Part shown: piece by piece, positions 47,021 through 57,204 of the stretch
Layout: each line of letters opens with the position of its first letter
How positions within the stretch are numbered: position 1 is the first letter of the stretch
From: Amoebophrya sp. A120
Taxonomy: Eukaryota > Protista > Dinoflagellata
Direction: 5' to 3'
Length of the DNA: 64,000 bases
NCBI GenBank assembly: GCA_905178155.1
Contig: CAJINV010000020.1
Location: 558,001-622,000, forward strand
Program-made: the position numbers and the translations under genes
Notes under the pieces: model-generated
Database searches by the model: none
The model's input: only the letters and a program-made list of their open reading frames with translations
Told to the model about the DNA's origin: nothing

Positions 47021-50000
47021 ATGTCTTCGCTTCGCCGTTGGTTTCAGTTTCTTTCCCTTTGCACGAGTTCTTATGCCTTGATGTTCTTTTCAGCGTGTAG
47101 TGTTGCTTTCTTGTTCGGCGTAGCCACGCCCTCGACCAGCGCGGCTGCAACAACTCCGCCGTCGGAGAAAGGAGCAAGCACGGCGAAAAGTAAGAACACC
47201 AAGGAGATCAAAACTCCAGTAGTGGAGGACCACACGACCATCCTGCCCGACCTGGTCGCGCACCTGCGCAACGGCAGATGGGACAAGGCGCAGCAGGCCG
47301 CGCAGCGGGTGCACGCGCTGAAGAAGAACAAGCAGAAGATTGTGCAGGTGGTGCAGGACAGTGTGGCGGACACGAAGAAAAAGGCCGATGAGCTCCTGCT
47401 CTACCTAAACCGGCAGTTTGCCATCCCGGACGAGCTGCCCTGCGCGTCCCGGTGGGCGCAGAATGGCACGCACGTGCTGCTGCAAGTGCGGTTCGGAAAG
47501 TCGTGGCAGGGGCACTCCGCCCACTGGGGCCAGCGGTACAGCACGAAGGGCGGCGAGGGCTTGATCGAGCAGAACGCGCAGGGAATCCAGGAATTGTTGA
47601 AAATGGACCTGACTCCGATCAGCGGCAAGACCAACCACGCCTTCAGTCTATCCATCGTGGGGCAGATCGGCACCAAACGCTACAAGTTCGTGGTGCCCGA
47701 AACGGAGCTCTTCGCGGAGGTGCACAGCCGGTTCCGGCACGAGATAAGCTTTCGCAACGCGAAGGGGTCCATGCAGATGAGCCGGGGGGCGCAGCTGCCC
47801 GAGCTCAAGCTGTTTTTCCAGAAGAAATATGCGTTCGCAAAAGCATCGTACAACTCGTAGAAATTGCAGTCATGCATGACAAATCTCTTTCCAAATACTT
47901 AACCTGAAACAGCATCATAAATTCCATTTTTTTTCTTTCTGAAATTTGTGATGCGATTCATACGTAGTACGAGCATGCCTTTGCTGTGCATAAGACGGTC
48001 CGGAACTTCTTCTGGTCCCGCTTCTCCAAGGAGGAGCATCTCGTCCAAGAATACCTCGCCTCCACGAGCACCACGACCACCACGACGACGACAAAAAAGA
48101 AGAAGCGAAAAGGGAAGCAAACCACCGCCACGACCACCACGACCAAGTCACCGATGCCGCTACCGGAGTTTTCCATCGGTCTCCTCGACGTTGTGGAGGA
48201 CAATGTGGAGGAGAGCTTGGACCTCAGCGGCATCACGCCGGACGTGCACCTCGCGCGAAACAGCGGGCCCGTGTGCGCACCTCTAATCTACTGTCCGATG
48301 ACAGACATGTGTGTGGAGAAGTGCGAGCTGTGTACTAGTACTAGTAGCACAACAAGAACTTCTAGCACGTCGAACAAAGTGTTCCAGGGCGTGTGCGTGC
48401 CGAAGGAAAAGCCGAAAGTGGACTGCAGCAAGGCGAGGTTTGTGGATTGGAACCTGCAGGAAAAGAAGATCGCTGGCGTTCTCATGCTCGACGATGTTTT
48501 GGGCCGGGACGACATTTGGACCTCGAAGAGCGCGGTGGTGCGGGAGGGACAAACAACAAGGAGTTCTAAAGAATCACAAAAGGTAGAAAAGGCGGTAAAA
48601 CCAAGCCTCCTCCGTCTGGACACGCACACGCAGCACTTGTCTCGCGAATGGCTGCTGCAGACGGCGCAGTTCTCGCAAGAACAACTACCTCCGAAGAGCA
48701 GTGCGAACAGTGCCACTACAGAAAACGAGCAGAACCGTCTCCACACTGCATCTTCAGATGACAGGACCAAAGCCGGTCATGAAGTTGTTGTACTAGGCCA
48801 AGAGCAAGACACTAAGAAACTTCTCGTCCCTCCGTACGTTAGCCGAATCGGGCTGGAGGTGGAAAATGTTCCCTTCGTCAGTGTGGATCTGGAATTTTTG
48901 GAAGACGACCACCGCGTCTCTTGCGAGAGCATCCCTGTCCACGACCGGCTGGTGATGCAGCTCGGCATCGTGGAGCTCAACGCCTTCCACGACGAAAACC
49001 CGTTGGCGGACGCGCTGACGGGCAACCTCACCCTGCACGTCTCTGCTATGGAAGCGTCAGGTTTGAAATCGTCAAAGTTGAAAGAATTTGTAATGCATAA
49101 AATGCATGACCCGAGGCGCGTGTGTTGCAGAGCAGGCAAGTGAGGCCGACTGTAAGCCTGTTTGGGGTGACAGCTCGAGCTGCTAAAGTAGCACGAGAAA
49201 ATCGCTCTTCTTTGCCTAAACAGCATGACAAACTGGATTTAGGGACCGCCGAAATTTGTCATGCGCCACTTGAAAACTGGGCTCCAACTAGCATCCATTT
49301 TATGCATGACAAATTATTTCAACTTTGTCGATTTCAACTCTGACACATCCATATCTGACCGAAAAAACACGCACGGTGTTCACGTCTACTTCTCGCGCGG
49401 GGGGGCGGACGCCACGAAGATTGAGCTGCCGGAGCCGGAGAGCTTGTTCATCTTTGGGGATAAAGATGATGATGGGGAGAAAAAAAGTGAGCAGGAACAT
49501 CAAGCGCTTGAGGCGAAACAGCGGCAAGTCCAAAACATGCTCCTGCACCCCGAAGCGGCGGCGGCCGTCCGCGAAGACCAGGAGCAGCAAAATTCTGCGA
49601 GGAACTCGGCGGGCGACCAGTCTTCACCTCCCACGTGGCAGTACGCTCCCGGGGGCATGGATACCAGCGGGAGTAATTATGCGGGGACGAAAAAGGGAGG
49701 AAAAATGAACAACAGTAGCCCAAAAATTATGCCCGCGTTGCGATTCGAGCTCGTCGATAATGAAGCTGATGAGCAAGCAGATCGTAAAAATGCTTCTCCT
49801 CGCCGTCAGGACGTCCCGCAAGCTTTCAGCTTCTCCGGGGGAAAGGTGTCCTTTGTGTCAGAGGAAACCGACACACGCGGTCTCGGCTCGGCGACGCTCA
49901 CGTTCCGTCTGGAAAACGTAACCTTCGCGCGGGGTGCGACGCACTGGACGGCTTTGCCGTACCACCGAGACGTCGAGGGCGTGAACGAGCGCTCGGTCGC

Positions 50001-50909
50001 CTTAACCGACGCGCAGAAACCGAAACGCCTTGCTGCGCTCGTGGTATAGTGTGGAGTTGAATTATGATGTTGAAGAGGTTTGGCGATAATTTAGATTTTG
50101 TGCACGACCAGTTGTAGTTTTCTTTCTTTCATCTTTATCCACTCGTGGACGTACTTGTAATTGTATGAGTTTCCTTCGAAGTAGTCGTGAAATCAGATAG
50201 AGTTCAGGAGATGAAGTTACCTCTCGTCCTCGTCCAGGTAACGGAAGATGAATACCTCATCCCGACCGTGGTCTCCGTCGGCCTGACCCCCGCGTTTCGC
50301 GACAACTCCGCCACCGGTGTTGTCGTTTACGAAGCCGTGAACTGTGAGAAGCTTGAGAAGGGGGAGAGCCGGGTGCTGCAGGTAGACAAAGCGGCTATGG
50401 AAAAACGTTGCTTGGACACGAAGGAGGCCGTTAAAGTCCATTTCGAAGCAGGGAAGGACAATGACGCGCTGACCGCGGCGCAGAAAATGTACAGCACGTC
50501 GCAAGTCGTCCGCGGCCGGAAACTGACGCAGTCCAGCCACCGGAGCCCGCTGCGGTACGCCGGGCGGGAGGTGGACGGGTTTTTGGTGCACGCACTCAAC
50601 GACATTGGAGAGTCGGAGGATCCGTTCTTCCGCGCCGGAGTGGTGGATAAAAAGATGAGTCAGCTGGACCACGGCCGGAAAGACCACCGGGAAGACGAGT
50701 TGAAGCGGTACCTGAAGCACGCCGAGTCGTTGTACGTGGAGAAATCGAAACATTACGCCAACGCGGAAAGTTTGATCAACATGCGCCAGTTGGCGTTGAC
50801 GGCGGAGCCGGAGCTGGGGCTCTTGCTGGCGGGATTCACCGAGGAAGAAAACAAGGCCGCTGGTAGGGGCGGGGCAGACGCGTCACAGTCTCACGCAGGT
50901 GACCTTTGA
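47021..50909 (+). CDS. Large secreted/ER protein with a CS (p23/HSP20-like) domain; two introners and a probable GT-AG intron (~50044-50207)
   Basis: Hydrophobic N-terminus; motif PCASRWAQNGTHVLLQVRF resembles the CS-domain WxQ motif; four ORF blocks join in frame. Confidence 0.65.
47828..47992. mobile_element. Introner element, family B (diverged)
   Basis: tatgcgttcgcaaaagcatcgtac ... gtacgagcatgcctttgctgtgcata; repeat agaaa/agacg. Confidence 0.8.
49047..49353. mobile_element. Introner element, family D, inverted relative to 22901-23207
   Basis: tatggaagcgtcaggtttgaaatcg ... cgatttcaactctgacacatccata; repeat tctgc/tctga. Confidence 0.9.
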
Positions 50910-51667
50910 CAAGAATAAAGTTCGTGCACGACGAGAAGCAGAAGCACCGCTGTGCGTCATGCTGCTAGCTTGAAAAATGCAGTCGAGCAAGGAAGTAATT
51001 CCAAGAAATGAAACTGTACGGCTACGGCCATAATGATTATGATGTGGCTCACCAAACCTAATAAAAACCTTTCTTTTGCCGATTCGTCGCATTCGGATGA
51101 AACGATGCCGACATGCTCTGGACCGTCGTTGGGCAGCAGCCTGATAAGAATGACAAATTTTGGTACTTAAGAAGATTAAAACCCTTCCCGGACGAAGCAG
51201 CAATGCGGCTTCTTATTCAGCGGCGCAGCGCGCCGAAACAGCTGCTGGAAATTTCGTAATGTACCACTCTTCCTTTTGTGCTTATGTCTGGTGTTTTTGG
51301 GAGCGATAGAGTGTCAACAATAAACTGATCGAGGCTCCTTCTTGCGTACATAACGAAAGAAAGATATCTGTTGCAGGCAAAGAACTACCCTGGCTTCGAA
51401 GTGAGAGAACACAACAAGGAGTGGCAAAATGGCAAAGGACCATACGTAATCCCACTTCGCGGAAGAAGAAACAAAATGAGCGGCGGTGGTCGTGTGGCCT
51501 TGTCCACGTCTTGGTGTACCAGCACAACGACTCGCAGCGTCAACGCGGCCGCTCGCCGAATCGAGGACGCAGGAGCAAGAACAACTCCGAGTCGTTCTTG
51601 TCTTTGGTGCGCTACTTGTTCTACTTGAGCCAGTCCGCAACAACGTCAGTCAAGAGCGGACGACACG

Positions 51668-54600
51668 ATGTCCTCTACGTCGACTTTCGACCAAGGCGTG
51701 GTCCCGGGCAGCGGGGCGACCCAGACGACGTCCTCAGGCCCTCCTCCATCGGGAGGCGGTGGTGGAGCGACTCCGCCCGGAAACTCCAATTCCTTCCAAG
51801 GCGAGCAGCCGACACTGTTGACAACCCCTGGAACCTATGCATTGCAAATATGTCGGGGTCTGGAAACTTGTGATGCAAGGAAGGGAATGGTGCGCACATT
51901 GTAATGCGCTGCCCAGCATGACAGGTTTTTCCGTGGTTCTGAGTTGCGTAATCCGCATTAGAAACTGCGTTTTTGCGTGGCAGACCAGAGGAGCTCTTCG
52001 CGGCCATGCAGTACAAAGTTCAGAGTCATGCCAGACTAGCATGATAAATCTCGCAGTCTCCCAGACCAAGACACATTTGCAATGCATACAACATCGGCGC
52101 CGTCGAGAAGGTCCATGTTGGGGGACCCGACCCGGTCGGGCCACCCAGGGCACTTACTGCGGGACAGCAGTAATGCGATGGACAATGACAAAGATTTTCT
52201 GCGCAGATCACGCTCCTCCGCCAGAAACCTGGCAGTCGTCCATGTCATGTCGAATGCCAGCGAGGGTGTCGGCAGTCTGCCCAGCTTTCAGCCCGGGTTG
52301 TTAAACAGCACCACGGTGGGGGACCATCATCATCTTCACGCAGGAGACCACTTGCATAGTCCTCCAGTGAAATTGACGCCGCGGGAGCGCATGCTGGCCG
52401 TGATGGACGGGAAGGTGGTGCAGACGGTGATGACGTTGCTCACGGTTTTTGCCCTGTATGGTGACGATTTGAGGATGAAGTTTTTCTTTCTCCGGCACGA
52501 CATTGGGTTCTACGTGCTGTACACAATCACCTTTTTTCTTTTTTCCGCGGAACTGACCATTTTCTCCGTCTGCAAAGAGGATTACAAGTACAGAGAAAAT
52601 GTTTTTGTTTCATTCTGATTTTGCTGTTGAAGATGTTGGACCATTATGATTTTCGCGAAGCTCAAGAATTTTTTCATCAGAAGATTGATCATTCCGATGC
52701 CGATCTCTCATACATTGTCACGATGAAAAATTTCTTCACAAAAACGTAAATCAAAAGGTACTCTTTCTTCTTCTGGCTCGACATGGTCGCGTCCATGAGT
52801 ATCCTCCCCGACATTAAATGGGTAATGGATTTCGTTTCCGGCCTTTTTGACGACAGCCAGGGCGGGGCCGGCAGCGGGCAAACGGGCGTCGCGCGCGCGG
52901 GGCGCGCAAGTCGGGCCGGGACCAGGGCGGGAAGGATTGTTCGTATCCCACGAAAAAAGTGTTACAGTTACACATTTGCTGTAGCTTCAGCATCACAAGT
53001 TTTCTCTGCATGACAAAGAAAACTTGCAATGCAAAGATCATAAGGGAAAACGGGAAGAAAACGAGGCTCCAAAGCATTTCCTGCATGAGAAAGGTTGTCT
53101 GTGTTGCGGATCTTGCAACACAATGTGTAACTGTAACACTTTTTTCTTCCCATAGTTCGGTTGATTCGTCTAGTGCGGTTACTCCGCGTAGTGAACATTG
53201 CGAAATTCTTTTCGAAGGAGGAGCAATCCGCTTTGGATAAGATGAAGTCCAGCAAGGGCGGCATCACCCGCGAGGGGATGCAGCACAGCATGAGCAAAAA
53301 TGCTCAGACTAGTAGTCCCGGGTCGAATAGCAATGAGAAGCGCGTGGAGGCGAGCCGGTTGGGGAAGATTCTGTCCGAGCAGACCACGCGTACCGTGATT
53401 CTGGGCGTGCTTTGCATGATGCTGGTCCTACCCATGATCGAGTTGGAAGAGCCGAACCGTACCCCGACCTTCGGGCTGGAGCAAATTTTCTGGATCGGCC
53501 GCAGTTCCTGCAGTCCGTACGCGGATTTCGTTTCCGCGGGCCTGCAAAGTGACGCCGCTTTGCAGTGCAGCACGACCATACCCACCGCGACGGCCAACGC
53601 CACCGTGTCCGCCTCCACCTGGATGGCGGTGGAGGGGTTCAGCTATCTGCTCTACGCGTACACAGAGCAATCTAGGTTCTATTTGGGCGAGCTCACGGCC
53701 GCGCTGGCCCGACCCATTTTGTACATGGCGGTGCCGAACACGCTCGGCGCGCCGATCCGCTCGCTCGACTACGTGGTGACGAAAAGGTGCGACAACAACG
53801 GAAATCTAGAGTACCCCTTTCTCGGCTGGCAAGAGGACTTTGACGCGCAGGGGGGATGGGTAAGGAGAGACACTGCAGCATAAGAATAGACACTGGGGCT
53901 TCTGGCATAGAATTTCAGTTAGAAACGACATTGAGGACTACATCATTGATGACGCTGAAGTTATGAATATGTTGCTTTCAAAATGAGCAAAAAATAAACT
54001 TCACACTTGAACTCAAAGACCGCCGATTGCCAAGCGGCGCGCGCCCAGGGTAAGTGCTGCTTATCAAATGTAAAAGTGTCTGGGTCTGGAAGAATTCACG
54101 TTTGTCATGCTTGTCTGGCATGACTCTTAAATCTGTCATGCACGTTACCCAAGAGCTCCGTTTTTCTGTGCTGCAGAAGCGCAGTTTGTCATGTAGACTA
54201 GGCAGCACCTAGGAGCTCAGAAACTTCCTTGTCATGCTGAGCCAGCATTTGTAGCCTCATCATGAGACGCCACCCAGCATCACAAGTTTCCAGACCCAGA
54301 CATTTTTACATTTGATACTGCTGGCAGAGGCACAAATACTGTGGTATCGGGGAGGACCAGGAGAACTGTCCCTGGCGGGATACAGAAATGGAGGACGTTA
54401 TGGATGAGTCAGGATCGAAATCGACAAAATCGAAAAATTTGTGATGCATGAAATGTAGGCCACTGAAGGCCTGTATTGGGGAGCAGGCAATAAACGAGAC
54501 CGATTGTAAGCCTGTTTAGGGGTAATATACAATGTGCTGCCAGACGAGTAGCACGACAGGAGCAGTCTCATTTGCCCAAACAGCATGACAGACTGGCTTT

Positions 54601-56482
54601 GGGTGCTCCCGATAAAACTTGTCATGCGCCCCTTGGAAACTGAGACTCCAACTGCCATCGATTTTGTGCATCGCAAATTTTCCGACTTTGACAATTTTGA
54701 TTCTGACACTTCCATAGCCGTGGCTTTTTCGCCGGCGGAAACCTGCCCAGACGGAAGCTCCGAAAAACCGACGGAGCTGAGCTCCTCCTGCACCCACGTG
54801 ACGGTCTATGCGAAGGTTATATGCATTGCAAAAGCATCGCACTCGTCGTCGTCGCTTGATTTGTAGTAGTGGTGCAGGAGCATGACAAATCTGGCTTTCA
54901 ACTTGAATCTGCATGACAAGCTCGAGTTCAGCTTTTGCGGTGAATAATTGCTGAACCGGAGCAAGACGGAAACGACCGCGGAGTACTCCATGATCCAAAC
55001 GACGTTCATTGTCTTTCTCCTTTATGCAATGCAAAAGCATTGTACTAGTACAAATCGCATTTACAAATTTTCTCAAGAAGAAAAATGGAATTTGTAATGC
55101 TGTTTTACCTTTGGAGGAAGATTTGTCATGCATATTTGCTGCAATTAGTACGAGTACGATACTGTTGCACAGCATATCCTCGGCATTGGGGCGATGATGT
55201 TCTCGAAAGACACCCAGCAACTGGTCATTTCCCCGATCGAGAAGATGGTGAACATAGTGAAACAACTCGCCGATGTATTCAAGAAAAAAACGTTGTTAGT
55301 GTAAATTTGTGATGCTCAACATGCAAGATGATTGCTTCTGTCATGCTTGGCATGCGTCGCAGGGTCCATTAAAGGCCTTTTTCACGTACTATCTGCGCAT
55401 GACAGGTTTTTGCTGTCATGTCAGACAAACTTGCAATGCTGTTCCTCCAAAAAAGTTACACCTACAATGTTTTTTTCTTTGATACGATGACCCCTTGTCC
55501 AAGCCGAGCACGCAATCTGGCGGCTACATGGATGACGGGGAAGACCACACCTCCGGAGCTGCACATGCCGCTGCGGCGCAGAAGAAGCAGCAGTCGTCCG
55601 GGAATTCCCAGCTTGAAACTAACATGCTGGAGACGACGATCCTGAAGATCGGAGGGCTCCTCCAGGTCGGGTTCGGGGAGGCGGGCGCGCAGATCATAGG
55701 GAAAAACATGAGCAGCCAGGATGGGGAACTCAACATCCTGATTCCGGGACGGATATGCAGATTGCAAGAGCATCGCTTAATCGTACTGTACGTAGAGTTT
55801 GCATCATCTTCACAGACGTTTGTGAATAGGAAAGCTACGGAATTTGTGATGCGGAATCGCGTATAAAGAGCACATTTGTCTTGCCAGAGCGCACAATCCA
55901 ATTTATATATAAAACTACCAATGCGCTACTTTTGCAATGCATAGCGGAAGATCTACGGCATTTTTGGTTTTTGCTTCATCCGCGAATTCACCGACACGAC
56001 CGAGTGCTTGCTGGAGGAGGTGATGGTGTTCGTCTATCCTCTGTGCAAAAGTAGTGTATAGGTGCTAATTGGAATTTTTGAAGGACAGCATGACAGATCT
56101 GGTTTCCTTCGTTTTTTCAGAATTACAAATCGAATTTTTCCTACTTTTGAAAAATTGTGATGTTGCAGCTCGCAGTAGTACCCGAGACAACTTTTACTTT
56201 TGCAATGCATATCGTGAACAAGATCGCCCGCATCGTCCACATCTGCGTTCACGAGTGGGCGGGCGCGGCGAACAAAAACATCGGGGACTCCTTTTTGTTA
56301 ACCTGGATCGTGAACGATCTCGAGGAGCAGAAACAGATGGCGCGGTACGGCTACGACAAGAACGAAAAGATGCAGGACTTGAGCGACAAAGCCTTGATTT
56401 CCTTCGTCAAAGTCATGGCGGAACTCCGACGAGCCTCCGACCTACGCGCCTACACCAGCCACCCCAAGATTCAGCAGAAGTT
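51668..56482 (+). CDS. Ion-channel-type (AC-alpha-like) class III nucleotidyl cyclase, 3'-partial
   Basis: Spliced motifs ALYGDD, FFFWLD, RAGRASRAGTRAGRIVRLIRLVRLLR (S4), PIEKMV, KIGGLLQVGFGEAGAQII, IPGRK..IFGFC, ANKNIGD. Nine complete introners and GT-AG introns 52588-52757 and 53860-54018. Remainder lies beyond the insertion starting at 56483. Confidence 0.88.
51836..52088. mobile_element. Introner element, family A
   Basis: tatgcattgcaaatatgtcggggtctgg ... ccagaccaagacacatttgcaatgcata; repeat gaacc/caaca. Confidence 0.87.
52944..53154. mobile_element. Introner element, family E, splitting the S4 helix
   Basis: tatcccacgaaaaaagtgttacagttacacatt ... aatgtgtaactgtaacacttttttcttcccata; direct repeat gttcg. 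Confidence 0.92.
54062..54317. mobile_element. Introner element, family A
   Basis: tatcaaatgtaaaagtgtctgggtctggaa ... ttccagacccagacatttttacatttgata; direct repeat ctgct. Confidence 0.92.
54399..54716. mobile_element. Introner element, family D
   Basis: tatggatgagtcaggatcgaaatcg ... gattctgacacttccata; repeat gacgt/gccgt. Confidence 0.9.
54820..54946. mobile_element. Introner element, family B (decayed)
   Basis: tatgcattgcaaaagc ... gcttttgcggtgaata; flanks ggtta/attgc; frame restored by removing element + 5 nt. Confidence 0.72.
55023..55176. mobile_element. Introner element, family B
   Basis: tatgcaatgcaaaagcattgtac ... gtacgatactgttgcacagcata; repeat tcctt/tcctc. Confidence 0.88.
55276..55484. 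mobile_element. Introner element, family E
   Basis: tattcaagaaaaaaacgttgt ... acaatgtttttttctttgata; direct repeat cgatg. Confidence 0.9.
55754..55943. mobile_element. Introner element, family B (diverged)
   Basis: tatgcagattgcaagagcatcgc ... gcgctacttttgcaatgcata; repeat acgga/gcgga. Confidence 0.85.
56035..56211. mobile_element. Introner element, family B (diverged)
   Basis: tatcctctgtgcaaaagta ... tacttttgcaatgcata; repeat tcgtc/tcgtg. Confidence 0.85.
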
Positions 56483-57204
56483 TATGGCGCTCTCAAACGT
56501 TACATTCTCAACTGTTACATGATTTTTGGGGAGAAATATGCCCTAAGGAATATCGAAATCACAAATTTCATTTTTTTATAGTTTCAATTGGTGCTTTCTC
56601 TCAAGTCTGTCATGCTCGCGCTCATTGTTGAAACGAAGAAGGAAAGCGAGGAGAGGAGTAGGTAGGCAAAATAGGACTCAGAGGGCGCTGGCGCGCAGGG
56701 CGTTTGCGTTTCTACGAACGTTGCCCATGGTTCGTCTTGACACTGCAGCTCTGCATCCTTTGAAAAAGAATGGGGCGCCCCAAAACTCAGAAAAAAAAAG
56801 CCCTTCTCTGCACCATGCGAGAAACCCTGCGCGCCATTTGAGGAATATGTGCTAGCGCGCACAGGCCGGCAGGACAGATCGAAGAGGAGAGACGAGGAGA
56901 GAGCAGGCCGAAGTAAAGAAACAATCGCTACGGACATGGGCTAGTCAAGGCGGATGGGAGGCGAGGCCCCCCGCGAAAGCGGGTTGGTTAGCAGAAAAAG
57001 GCCCAGCAGCGCCACACCCGCGTGCAGGGGTGCGGCACTAAGAGATGTACACACCCAGACCCACCCCGAAGGGGCCGATGCCCCGCACTGTCAGTGGTGG
57101 CGCAGCGAGTTTACGAGCAGCCCCGGCGCCCCGGCAGCGGCGGGGAGAAGCGCGAACCAAAACAGGCGTGGCCGCCCGGGGGGCCGAGGCTTCAAAAAAG
57201 CTGT

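Noticed and set aside
428-56200. Recurrent short ORF motifs such as NMSGSG, FQTQT, CKSIVLV and VRYFC as a protein family
   Set aside because: They are translations of introner TIRs, not genes.
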